Notes under the pieces: model-generated | What the model was told of the DNA's origin: nothing | The model's input: the letters and a program-made list of their open reading frames with translations, nothing else | Databases searched by the model: none | In this document: in pieces, positions 24,933 to 37,429 of the stretch | Layout of the letters: each line of letters starts with the position of its first letter | Numbering within the stretch: position 1 is the stretch's first letter | Translations under genes and position numbers: made by a program | Source: Amphiscolops sp. MND2022 | Lineage: Eukaryota | Assembly (NCBI GenBank): GCA_964187785.1 | Contig: OZ076412.1 | Coordinates: 59,830,001 to 59,894,000, forward strand | Direction of reading: 5' to 3' | DNA length: 64,000 bases

Positions 24933-27900
24933 ACTGAGCGTCACTACTTCTAACTTTGATCAAAACGCTACACGTTCAAATTTTAATCTTATATCAACTT
25001 CAAAGGAAAATGAAAAGTTGAGTAACATTTTTTTTAAAAAAGCGTTTGATTTCTTCAAAAATTTACGATGGATTTGTTCGAATGAATAGAGCGGACAGAC
25101 TGAAAACTCTTGAGCAATTAGCTTGCTCTTCGAAGCCCAGAAATTTCGGTGAAGCAGACGTTTGGCACGGCTAATTAGCCATTAAGCGAATAAGAACCGC
25201 GAAAAATTTAAATGATTTCATTAGCGGTTCGAATCAGCGGCAAGTATCATAATTTTCATGTCCAGTATATCCTCGCAGTGTACACACAGTTTCAAAATGA
25301 TTCTTGGAAAATGTCAACTCCTACCTTTGTAAAACCTGTACATGTATAGTGAAAAAAATTCCAGACTATTCTGCAAAAGAATGTTAATTTTCATTCATTT
25401 TTGGAACGTACTCAAAGTCAAACTTTTAATAGTTCGAAGAAAATTTTTTCCAGCGAAAAAGCGGTTTTGAAATTAGCGATTTCGCTATTAGCGAAAAAAA
25501 CTAACAATGTCAATCATCTGCCGAGAATTTCCGAAACTTTAACGTAGTTTTTTTCAGAGTAAAAATCGGATCAAAAAGTTATCTACACTTTTTTATACTT
25601 CAATGTCGAAAAAGGTGCAAAGTAGACTTCCTCATCAATAAATGACATTTATCCTTCACGCTTCTGATTATTTCTACGTGTAGCGTTTTACAGCGTTGGA
25701 TCACAGGTGTGTTCGAATGAAATATTTAAGGCTTTGATTTTCAAAAAAGAAGCGCCAGATATACGTCAAGACTGTGAATTTAAATTTGATATAATATCAG
25801 TGGGAATGATAAACAGAAATTCTGGATATGCAAACGTTGAGGCCAAATTCAACTCAACTGGTCATCTCTGTCTTGTACCAGTCAGAGAGTTTGTATGTGG
25901 AAGTTGAAATTTTCTGTGATTATTCAAAAATTTTGATAGTGCTCTTGAAGATCACAGGTTTTATTAAAAAGACTCAATTTTGCGTTTTTATGCATTCCGA
26001 CATTTGGTGATTTTTGTGTCGAGAATTTGCGGCATTTTGAAAGTTAATTCAGTGGCTTTCGTCTATTTGGTTTTGTTTTCAAAAGAAAACTGAAATTATA
26101 ACCAGATAAATAAATAAACTGAAATGCAGTGTTTAGGCCAACGATGCTAGGAAGTGAAGAAAAGGTGGAAAATGAATCGAAATTATGTAACAGAATTTGG
26201 CAGTTATGAATCAAAATTTGAGCGCTAATTGGCTGAAACTCAAAATATACGACGACTGCCGCCGTTGTATTGCAGTTATAAAAAAGTAAGAGCAATTTAA
26301 CAGATGAAATTGAAATAAAATGGGAAAATGGAAAAGTAAAGTAGGAGAAAAACTAAGCAAGTGTTGGAGTTGGAGTTGGCCTTTCCAGGGACAATTATTC
26401 ACGCTTGTTGGTGGTTGCTGCGACAGCAGAAAAGCGACAACAGTGAGGAAAAAGAGGAGAAAAGAATAAAACCAAGTATGATGTTTTTACTCTAACATTT
26501 TCATTGGTTACACTGTCTTTCACAGAGCTATATTTAATACGACGAGCAGCTAAAATTTCATCTGCGCGGATGGGAGAAAATAGTGGAGCTGTTAATTTTA
26601 GTCTTTCAATTTTCTACCAACAGATACAGTATACTCCGTATGTGACTAGTAAGAAACAGCACCGTGACATTTTCGCATTAAAACATTGAATGGTATAAGC
26701 AATATGTATATATACTTGTTATCCTTTGCGACGTGGGCTTTTTTCCCATTTCTTTTGCGTACTACGGTATTGATGAATTCGTGGTACAGCATTAACATGC
26801 CACTTAATAAAATTCTGCAACGTCGAGTAATTGCGAAACTGGCTAGGCAATTATTGTAATTATCACAAGCAAGACCCACCTAAAAAGCTGATTAGCCCTT
26901 TTTCTACTGCAGTAAAAACACCAAAACGCATCAATTATTAACTGCAGTGCAGTTTCCAAGGAGAAAAAAATGTTATTCAATATGAGTGTCGGTACAGCTA
27001 CAATCGATTTTCGCGCTTTTAAAAACTATATTTTCAAATTTGATTTTGAATCATACATAAGAGAAAAACCTGCTGAAAAAACATTATTTCTTTTGAAATA
27101 TTGCTTCAGAAAATGTCTTCAATACAAAGACTACCGATTTTTTGTTTCCCTAAAATAGAAGTCACAAAGCAATCTAAAGGCAACCCCAGACACACACGAA
27201 ACAAAGAAGTATCTTTTCACAAAGCCCTTAGAATTTCTTTCAATAGACGTTTATTGTTTTGGAGAGAAAGTAAAAGTGTTTCATATTGATACTATAGCTC
27301 TTTTGAGAAATGAATATTTTCAAAAGGTTGGAACTCAACTGATGAGTTACGCAGAAACATCGAAATTTTGAAGAGAACTTGCTACCGAAGAAAAATGCCG
27401 CCTTATAGGGAAGTTTTTTCGAAAGTAATTTTTCGACAAAAATGCCCTGTAGTTCATTTCCAGGTGAAATGGGCAGGTGAAATATTTGTATTCGGAAACG
27501 ACTTGAACACTCCGACGGCGACTTGGATTTGGACCAAAACGTCGATGGCATCAATCAACTGTCCACAAGAACTGTGAACCAAACAAAATAATAATTATGT
27601 AATCGCTTTTCTTGAAATACGATTGCAAACTTTCAATGAAAAGTTGCCTTCAGATCTTTACAATTGAAACAGATTTAGCCGTTAAGGAACGAACATAGTC
27701 ATTAAATTCTGAGAAAAAGCTATTTTCCACAACAACAGACAAGAAACAAACCTATCACGTACAATGATGATTATGTTTGCTTCACAACTGTTTTATGAAA
27801 AAAAATTGTGGACCACAGAGTGGTGGTGTTAATTTCAGTATCAGATCACGGTAATTTTTATGAAAGGTGGTTGGTAACAACTTTAACGGCACACTCGGGT

Positions 27901-28699
27901 ACACAAATTCAGTCGATATCAGAATTGGAACATGTTCAAAAATTTGGTGAAACCTTCCAAAGAGAAGTGTGACGTGGCACGAAGCATATGATTGCTCTTT
28001 TCGCTGTTTCTGCCATTTTGGATGCACAACGAGGACGAAAGGAGACAGAGCGAGAAACTGGGGAACGAATTAGCTAGGGAGCTCGTAGAAACTGTGAGAA
28101 CCTCTAGAAATACCCTTTTCTATGTGGTAACCAGGAATTATGCTATCTTAAGAGGCTAAAACCAGAAAATGAGTTTTTTGCCTAAATATCCTCGTTTGAT
28201 ACTTCTAGCCGCAGCTTGCAGCTGTGTGGTCAGCCAGCTTGATGTGCGCTTTGATGTATTTTCACTGTTTGTAGTCATATTTTCCCGCTCGAGAGCTTGT
28301 TAGGCGGTTTCAGACGTTATTCCCAAGTCATCGTGGAAATGGAAATTTACCCTTTTATTGAAAAGAAAGCTGCAGCGAGAACGAGCCAGCGCCGAAAATG
28401 CAAGCGACCAGAAAAAAGAGTCACAACGAACAAAGAGACGTTTGTGTCAGCGCATATTCAGAATGGACTCTTTTTCCTTATCGTCACAATCGTGCCGAAA
28501 CCCTACAATGCTAGCCGAGTGAACCTTGCTCCTTAGTGCCCATGGAGAACACCAGCTCGCGGGCTGGATGCACGGTCGACCATGGCTTCCATCATTTGCT
28601 ATTTTCCGCCGGTATTTGCGTTTGTCTCAAATTCTGCCAAGTCTCCACGATCTCCATACACTTCAGGTCACTATCTTAGTTGCTTGAGAATTTTTGTTA

Positions 28700-28790
28700 C
28701 TTGGTAGCGCAGTTGGTAGTGCGTCTGCCTGGCAGACACGAGGTCGTGGGTTCGAACCCGTCTTGATGCGTTACATTTTTAGCGGAAAGT
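28700..28790 (+). mobile_element. tRNA-derived SINE head
   Basis: A box gtagcgcagttggtag and B box ggttcgaaccc (28749-28759). No canonical anticodon or acceptor stem. Followed by a T-run. Confidence 0.65.
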
Positions 28791-29650
28791 ATGATACTTA
28801 GCGAGCGTCTTGTTGTTACTTTTCATTGTGGAGATATTTAGATTTTGTATACCTGAGAGACCCATTGTTGAAAAATTTCTCAACGCCCTTCCTTATCGTT
28901 AACATGCAAGCGTTCGACATTTGTCGTTACTATACAAAGATACTAAGTGTCAAAAGAAACACCAAGAGTGCTACTGCGCTACTACAATCACAGCACTATA
29001 AAAGGAACAAGTTTGTCATTAACCTGGAACAAACAGATATTGTTACAATCAACTAAGTTCAAGAATATCATCTTTGTTTTCTTGAAAAAAGCAAAATTTT
29101 TCAGATTTGTTTTTCCTATTTTTCTCTAGTTTCTGCGAAAAGCTACTAGAAGCGCTGGTAAAAAGCTGAGAAAAACCTTCCACTTGGAAAGGAGGTTGAC
29201 GATGGTTTTTCCACATAAAAAGTGAATTCCTCGACATGTGCCTGGGTTCGAGTCTCGCTGTAGTTGAAATAAATTGTGTTTCCAGAAGTAGCAATTAAAC
29301 AAAGGCTCTTACTTTGGCGTTTTTCGGCATTGCGCCACTTTTACTGAAAACTGTTTTCACAAAAATATTCTTTGATACAGTTTTTTTATGTTTCTTTCAT
29401 TCAACTTTTTCCCCAAAAATTTTAAAGTTTTGTATGTTTTCAGTTCAGGAAATTAGTTCTTCGAGTCCCAAAGGCAACCAATCCATTTATTTTGCCGCAA
29501 TGTGAGACCAATATAGGCCGAAATCCTTCTCAATAGTTTTTGTGTATGTATGAAAATATTTGGTTATATTTCAGCCTCGATGGAGTGCCCAACCTAAAAT
29601 ATAAGCCCCTTGCTTTGCCTTTTTGTCATCGGGCCAACTTTAAGAGCTAT

Positions 29651-30371
29651 TGTAACGTCAAGCTAGCAGGTACATGTTAGAGTCGGGACGATGTCCAGAT
29701 TGCCTGAACAGGAGACCGTTGCCTTAACACAACCTAGACACTAATTTTAGTCCCAAAGCGGTCTCCTAGGGGACTTTTCCGTTCCGCACGTCTCAGGAGA
29801 CTCCTCGAATGAGAGCTCCCTGGCAACGTGTCGGCACACTCAAAGTCCGGACACGTCCCACAGGCACGTAAAAACGTTCCTAAAGGTTCCTGCGGTCCTA
29901 TAGGCTCCTGAGGTCCAAAAACAGGGTTCAATCAAAGTACAATTTAATTAGTTGAATAACGTCTCAATCCACCAAAATAGGGATCTAGTAGATCCACCAT
30001 CATTGCCAATTTGCTAAACAACATGAAAGAATAATAAAGTTCACTGGAAATGCAAGATTCTGATCTTTTATGAAGTTCCCAGAGTATTCGGGGTGAACTA
30101 TTGTCGGTTTTTGATTCCTTTCCGGGTTTTCCAGGACATCTTCTAGATTAAACGGCAAACAACTGTGATTTTGGACGTTTCTTCTACCCAGTGATAGTAC
30201 ATCTTGTCTCCGGTTGGGTTTCGGGGGTTTGTTTGTGCGTTTTTTCCTTTTTTGCTTTTCAGAGACTTGCCAGGTCTGCCATTTTGAATGATTTCAGTTG
30301 ATATCGCAAACTTTTTGAATTTCAACGGAAGTTTCAAAAAACTTTTGCAACGTCTTTAGCTAGACGTTACA
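29651..30371 (-). repeat. 3' LTR (type A), 721 bp
   Basis: Ends TGTAACGTC...GACGTTACA. Collinear with 48566-49291. Confidence 0.9.
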
Positions 30372-30383
30372 CCCTCCCGGGCC
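30372..30383 (-). promoter_or_regulatory. Polypurine-tract-like primer site
   Basis: Minus strand reads ...GCCCGGGAGGG directly before the 3' LTR TGTAAC. Confidence 0.5.
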
Positions 30384-30897
30384 GTAGCTTGTCGTCATCG
30401 GCAAACGAGAGAGAATTTTCCATACCCAGCGTTTTTTCTAGCAGCATTTTCCCAATTTCTACTACGATCTTGTTATTCAAAATTTTTATATCAATTGGGA
30501 TCATTTTTGTAGCACTCCTTTTTTGACAGTCAAAGGGTTAAAAACCAGTTTCTTCAAAAACTAACTCGTTTACTTTTCAGTCTGGCTAAAACATCTTTTG
30601 GGGGTCGAACTCCCCACGCAATTCTTGAGAAACATAAACAAGATCTAGAACTAAAATTCTAATTGCACTTTTAAGCTTGTTACAAATGGGTTGGCCTAGT
30701 TTGAGGCCCTACCTAACAGGTAGTGACGTGGGTACTTTGGTGATGCTTAATCGAACGCAAACTAAAAACTAAGTAAGCACCTGGCAAAGATAAATTGCAC
30801 TTCATTAAGGCACAGGTTTTATTGAGAAGTTTGCTAGCTTGATTAGTTTAGTGGACATCAGTTCGGTTGTGCAGTGGGCAAAGTTTGTAGCTTGTTT

Positions 30898-33800
30898 TCA
30901 GTGGCCGGGCGTTTCTGCAGCCGTGTTAGGGTCTTGCAGCTCGTCTTTTAGGGCCTGAGTGAACGTTTCAGATAGGGTCTGTTCTTGTGGATCGAGGTTG
31001 GTGAGCTCATACAACTCAGTGGCCTCGCTGGCAGTGGCCTCGCTGACAGTGGCCTCGCTGACCATGGCGATGAAAGATTCGGAAGGGGTCAAGCTGATCT
31101 GGTCAACTGCCTCTGTGTTTTCCTCTCCGGGGACTACCTGAGCCGCGGCGGGTTGGTCTGGTCTTCAGGCAACTATCGAAAGCGAACTGCCGCCGACAGA
31201 CACTTCCGAGTTTCCTGCTGCCCGCTGTTCTACGGTAGAGCCCATCGCGTTTAAGCCTGGGAGTTGGTCAGCAAATTGCTGGTGGCCATATCTGGTGAAG
31301 GTCTTTTTGTAAGTTTTCATAGCGGCTGCGTAGCTTTCGAACACGACTCCTCCTTCTCCTTCTCGCTGCTTAGCCAGCAAGACCAGCAATATATCCATTG
31401 CCATCTTCGGATTGCTGGGCATTTCATTGCTGATGGGGAGGGGTCTGAGGTCCAGTTCTTTAGCAGTCTTCGGGATAGTGATTATAAGTTGTTAGCATTG
31501 CTGGTGTATCATGAGGTCCACCACTGGGGGTGTGTTCCAGGTAGTGATAGCTGTCAAGATAGCTGCGGTTCTGTCGCGCGGCTCTGTCCTGGCGCAGTAA
31601 AGTTGTGAGGTGTCTAGGACGCTAGGATACTTTAACTGCTCGGTTGCTGCGCCTTGCCTACGTCCTCTCAGGCGTTGAAAGACAGTGGATAGGGTCTTCA
31701 GAGTCACTTCTTCGTTCCAGCTTGCAAAATCCTGCATAGTGCCAGTTTCAGGGCTTATTGGTGTATGCAGACAATCCACTGGGTGGTATTCCATCGACAT
31801 GGGAGGTTGCACCGCGCTCTGGCTTTGATTAGAGTGAGGAAGTTATACTTTGTCTGTTTTCGATTTTTGATGATGGTTTATGCCTTCGGGGGTCTTAAGT
31901 TGGCTATAGTCCGTACTAGCGCCCGGAGGCTAGTGTGTGTGGATATTTCTTCTGGGTCTAAGAAGTGTAAGATCGAAAGTGTGAGGGTGCTGGCTTCGAC
32001 TCGAAGTGGTTGTGAAGGGTAACGCACTGTCATGAATGGACCAAATTTTGGCCAAACAATGGGAGCGATCACCGGAATTAGATCTTCTGTTTCCACTAGC
32101 TTTAGGCTAGCCACCTGAGATGGGAAAAGAAAACCTGGCAGGTCATTTGCATCACACTTGGTCAACTGCGTGTCGTCAAGGGTGTGCATCTCACCCAATA
32201 CATTTACCCACACCGAATAGATCCAGATTAAGATAGCTTCAATGTTCGCTTACAGTTGGGCTTGCAGCTTCATTGCCCCAGCGGGGTCCAGTGTTTTCAA
32301 AATAGCTTGTAGCCAACCTCTTTGATTTTTCTTGGACACTAGGAAGCTGAATGAGGTGAAACCGGATTTGTCCACAACCATTTTTCAGACCATGTGTACC
32401 GGACCCTTATAAAATGAGCCCAGGTCAGCGGCCATCAAGTAGGCCAGCACTTCACTGGTCGTCTAGGCCACCTTCGCATTGGGCCATGCTGCGTACCCAG
32501 AACGGTGAGATATTATATAGTAAGATCGGAAATGGTATCCCGTGTCTCTCTGCCACTTGCGCCAGTGTCTCTTGCAACAATGCCCCGTGCCAAGATTGGT
32601 ACGAGTGCTGTGGAGTTGCCCGGTTCTCCTATGCTATTTTGCGGGCAAGCAGGACCAGCAGCACTGGCGTGGGAGATACCATAGTGGGTTGCAGGTCGAT
32701 GGCTTGGATGGCCACTGGGAAGACAGTGGATTCGCTTCGATTGCCTTTTATCTCTTCGATGGTCTTGGAGAGAGCTAGCAGATCTTTGGGAACTTGGGGT
32801 CATGTGTCTTCTCTCGTCGCGAGTTGATTCGTCTCTTCTTCCAAACCACAGGTTGTCCATGATGTTGGTTCTCTCAGCTGTATTTTGCCCGTCCACTTAG
32901 CGTACTCCGTTCTCATCGAAGGTGCGGTGTGCCATTTGCATAACGAATTCAAATGCTGTTAGATCATCGGCCATCAGTTGTGAGTTTCCTTGATAACCAG
33001 TGTATGCCTGTAAGGCTTTGGAGACTTCGGCTCGCAGGGCTGGGTACCCAGTTCTCACAGGGTCATTGCACTCACCCTGAGGCTGGGAGCCACGATAATA
33101 AAGTTCAATGACTGTGCGAAGGCGGCTTCTGTAACCAGGTACAAGAATTGTTGCAGTTGTCTCGGAAAATGAACATCTCCAAGAGCTGAAACGAAGAACA
33201 CCTCCACGGTCAGTCTCCTACCCTGAACTTGTCGTATTACCTTCCTCATAAAATGCACATATGCCATTACTTCTGCAGTCATCGTCTCCTCTTTTAATCG
33301 TCTCTTTTCTCCTTCGAAGTGCTTCAATGTACCTCTGACGGCCAAGTGGTCGATGACGTTGCTGAAGATAAGCAATGAGGGAAAGGGGATTGTCTCCGTG
33401 TAATTAGATGTTGGACCACAGACATTGCAGGTCACTTCTGCCATTTCTCCCAACGACGTACAGGGCAAGTTCATTACCCGCACGTCCATCAGCGTATAGT
33501 GCATGTTGGGCGTCGCTTTCATCGTGGAGTCGATGAAGAAGGCGATTCTTGTCTTCTGGAGCACATCTTTCCCGATGGGGAGAAATGTCGTCAAGTCTCT
33601 CGCATAGTCTCGATTGCTGATTAACTGTTCATCATAACTTCCTTGCCGTTGCTTCGCCAAGTTAACACTCGCAGGGTGTGGTTTCATAAGAGATGATCGA
33701 TCACGGTGTAACTCGCCTCTTACGCGTTCAAACCAGGGGGAATGCGGTGGGGTAGGTGCATTGGTTTCCATATCGGGCGGAGGTAGTGCATCCCAATAGA

Positions 33801-34934
33801 GGCTTTTCCAGAGTTCTCACGTTCTGCGGCTCTCCTTGGCTCGTGGCTATCTCAAACTTCTGACGGTTCGTCTCCGAATCTGAGATTCCTGAATGGGGAT
33901 CCCGTTGCTGAGGCACTGCGTCTTTTGCAGTAATATCATACTGTCGTGCCTCTGTCTGCGACAGGAGCTCCTTAGAGATTCTTACTCTTCTACCCTCCGG
34001 CTGTTGCGTGGGAGACGGAGTAGGACTTGTGCTTTGGGCGTCTGATTTGGTTAGCTCTCTTGCTATCTTCTTCTGTACTATCTGTTCCAACCTATTTTGC
34101 TGTTCTTTCTGCTTCAAGACATCCCTCATGTCTATTGGAGCCTGCGCCGCCTTCCACATCGCCTTTTGCTGCTTTTGTTGTTGTTGTTGTTGCAGTTGTG
34201 GATCCTCTTGGTACCCTATCAAGTGTAGGGGATCCTTTGAATCTGATGGCATCAGTGCGTCGTAGGAGTCTTGAAGCTCTGTTACACTCTTGGTCAAAGT
34301 TACGTTGTAAGGTTTGCGCACCAAAGCTGTCTTAGTGGAGTTTGTGTTTGAGGCTTCTGGTTGCTATTTACTTGTGTGTATCCCTTACCTTTCCCCCTGG
34401 AAAGAAGAAGGAAGCATGAGATCCGTGTTGAGCGGGGGGATGAACCTCACGCTGCTGGGGGCTGTGGAGAGTGGCGGGGTGAAAACTTGCGGAGGTATGG
34501 TGGGCTAGATGCACGTTATCTGTTGTGCGGGTGGCGTTGGCAAAGTTCCCCGAGGAACAGTGGTTGTGGCTTGTTGTCTCCTGGTGAATGGAAGCAGGAG
34601 TGGTTGGAGTTGCTCCATGGCATGCCTAACAGGTTCACCCAAGGTTTGGTGAGATCGGTAGTCATCGGAGTGATGGGTCAATTCATGTAAGCTCCAACTT
34701 CTGTTGTGAAGTTCTGCTATTGAGATGTGTAGCACCAAGTCTGGGAGAGCAGTCAGTGGCCACATTTGGGCAACAAGCAGGGCATTCCTGTTACCAGAGT
34801 AGGAGGTACTCCGATGACTAGTTTATTGCTGACACGACCAGCCTGATTTACGTTGTGCCTTGCTGGGTTGAGTCAGCGGAGCTGTTAGTCACTGTGGACT
34901 GGGCAGGCGTGAGGATGCGCGATGAATTGTCCAT
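30898..34934 (-). pseudogene. Accessory ORF-B (~1300 codons before decay): Q-rich/coiled region, SGNH-like domain (~33050-33550), unknown C-terminal part
   Basis: Consecutive same-strand ORF fragments 34848-35051, 34505-34765, 33728-34324, 33055-33771, 32513-32896, 31878-32213, 31492-31812, 31165-31422 and 30898-31092. ATG in ATCATGG context at 34934. Confidence 0.6.
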
Positions 34935-35229
34935 GATAAGATCAATAAAGGGTAGCACCTTGTAGTGGTTACTTTGATGGTGAAACTTCGTGGAGGAACA
35001 AGTGCCGCGCGGAAGCAGTGGGACAGGACTAAACTGAAAAACAATTGACAATTGAGGTTAAAACAATTTTTGTTAATTAGGATCCAAGACCAGCCCGCAA
35101 AAACTTAAAACGTGTTAATAAAAAGAAGACGATTCACACGATTAAAAGAAGCCCATCGGCCTCAATGTTTAAGGTTGCAAAGTGCTAGTGATGCGCTATT
35201 CAATTTGTGTTTTTTGTTGTTGCTTACAG

Positions 35230-36330
35230 TCGTGACAGAGGCGATAGATACAGAGACCCTGTCATGGAGGACTCACTCGATGTTCTTCTCTATAAAATGA
35301 TCTCTTAACATTGCATACCAAGCTGGTAGTATCTTAATTGATCGTTCTGGATTGTATACAGGAGAAAGAACTTTCGCAGTGCGATTTTGGCTAAGCTGGT
35401 GTCTCAGGTTGGTCAGGCACAGATGTAAAAATTCGTGCAACATTGGATGTTTATTGGAGGCTCTTGTGCACAACAGGAAGATTTCATTTTCCCAAGGTGC
35501 GGTTGGCGAGTTGGCCAGATGAACCGCCGTGCCTATGGCTTGTCTCAATCCGAATATTTCATCCTGTCCGTATTCTCGAATGACATAGCGGGTCACTGCT
35601 GAGTAAGAAACTAAATCTGCAGGACAACACAACACTGTGGTGCCAGAGGCTTGCCGAATGTCCGAGTTGGCATCGGATAACCATAGCAAATAGCTTGGTT
35701 TGGTTTCAGGCTGAGCTATTAGCCAATTTCCCGTGGCGTTGCTAGAATCATCAGCTGACTGTGGTGCTAGATGTTCGAAATTCGCGATCTAGATGTTCTG
35801 CGATCGTGCCATACCATACGACGCAAGGGCCGGTTGCCCATATTGGTGCAAGACCAGTCATGCACTATGGAGAGTGCTTCAAGCACCGTTGTTGGCTTCT
35901 CGGGCGTGTAAGTTTGCTGGTCTAGGATGCGTACTTTTGCTTGTCGGCAGAGAACGATCGCTATTAACTGCAACCAATGTTGACTGAAAAACTTTCCGCG
36001 GTAAATGTCTGCTAAAAAAACAAAGGGTGTCCTCAAACTCTACCACAGTGCATAGGTTTTCCAGGCAACTCAACAGCGTGGTGGGTGATATGGGTGTTAT
36101 TTCATCTAAGTATGTGACCAGTAGCCACCAACCCTGGGTAGGTGGGTATACATCTCCCGGAGCGTAGGCAACATGGTAATTTTCCCACAACTGGTGTGCT
36201 GGCTCCCAGTGTGCTGGCAGTGATGTAGCGGATCATCTCTGTTTTCCAATCTTCAGGGTCCATCTTATCGTGGCAACGGGGGTATGATGGCGGGTAGCGT
36301 GAATTCAAGTCCGCCTCGGTCATGTTGCGT
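35230..36330 (-). pseudogene. Accessory ORF-A: TARG1/OARD1 (Poa1p)-like macrodomain(s)
   Basis: ORF 35273-35689 follows the TARG1 residue pattern end to end. The frameshifted fragments 36102-36323, 35879-36190 and 35767-36036 repeat the same pattern more weakly. Confidence 0.55.
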
Positions 36331-37429
36331 TCATACCTTGGAACTGTAGTTGGGACGGTGTGAGGGTGAACTGTTGTGGATCGCTTTCACCGTGGTCTCA
36401 AGTGGTGGCACCACTCCTGGGTCAACGCTAGTGTAGGTTTTCTCCACTGGTATGATAATGTGATGCGCCATCTGCGGGAGTTCCTGTCTTCTGGTCTGGA
36501 TCGTCAAGAAATTGTGTTGGGGGTGTTCAAGCGCTCGCGCAATTTAGGGTTCACGGGCATGTATGGCTTCTCCGCGGGCCATTCGAAGGTCCGGTGGTTC
36601 ACTCGTGACTAGATGGACACAACTACAGTTACGGGAGCCGCTGCTTCCAAATCTCTACCGTGGTGCCATAATTGCTCCGAACTGATAGCGGGGCGCTTGC
36701 GACGAAATGGCCCGTTCGGCATCTTGTTTGTTTGGTGACGGTCTCTCCGGGATTTCGAGTGAGGTCATGGCTAGTTCCAGAGTTCGAGACGGAGCTCTTG
36801 CGCTTGCCCTTGTTCTTAAGCCTCTTCTTGACCGGGTAGTTGTCCCTCTGGAAGACACGGTGGTTCTGCTTAAGGAACTGCTTGCGACTCGTGTTCGAAG
36901 TACTGCGTGGTGTCGGAACTTGCGCCGGGTTTGGGTCCTGGGCTCTGCCATCTCTATCAGTGTCTTGTTGAGGCTCGATTTCTAGAGACGGGTCTGGGCC
37001 TACTGAGCTTCCAGCTTGGGAACTGATCAGGGGAAGTTGCTCAGAGTGTCAGTCGAGGACGAGTTAGATAACAGCTGAGGTGATTTTCCAATGATGATGG
37101 TAATAGACTCCTTGTTAGTGCCTCTGGCTGAATCACCTCTTGGTCTGAGAACAGCGGCTCCAAGTCGCCCATTTCGGGAAAGACTACTTGCTGGGCGAGA
37201 TCTGGAATTGGTTGTTCTGACATTTTCCGATCTGACTCCGAGTCGGAGGGGTAACCAAAGTGACTGAACCTCCTGAGTATTCCTCGCTCAAGAGCCTTTT
37301 GTGTGTGAGTCTGGATTGTTCGTGGGGGACCGGTTGGAAGGGTTCCGACTCGAACGATGCTTCTGGCAGTTGTTCTTGCAAAAAAGGGTCGCGGGATCTA
37401 TCTGATGTAATTTCTTCGTTGATTTCTTT

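Noticed and set aside
27300-27700. APE endonuclease relic (IFVFGNDLNTP cf. GDFN)
   Set aside because: Single weak motif, with no linked RT.
28703-28775. Functional tRNA gene
   Set aside because: A and B boxes are present, but no 7-bp acceptor stem or canonical anticodon arm can be folded. Called a SINE instead.
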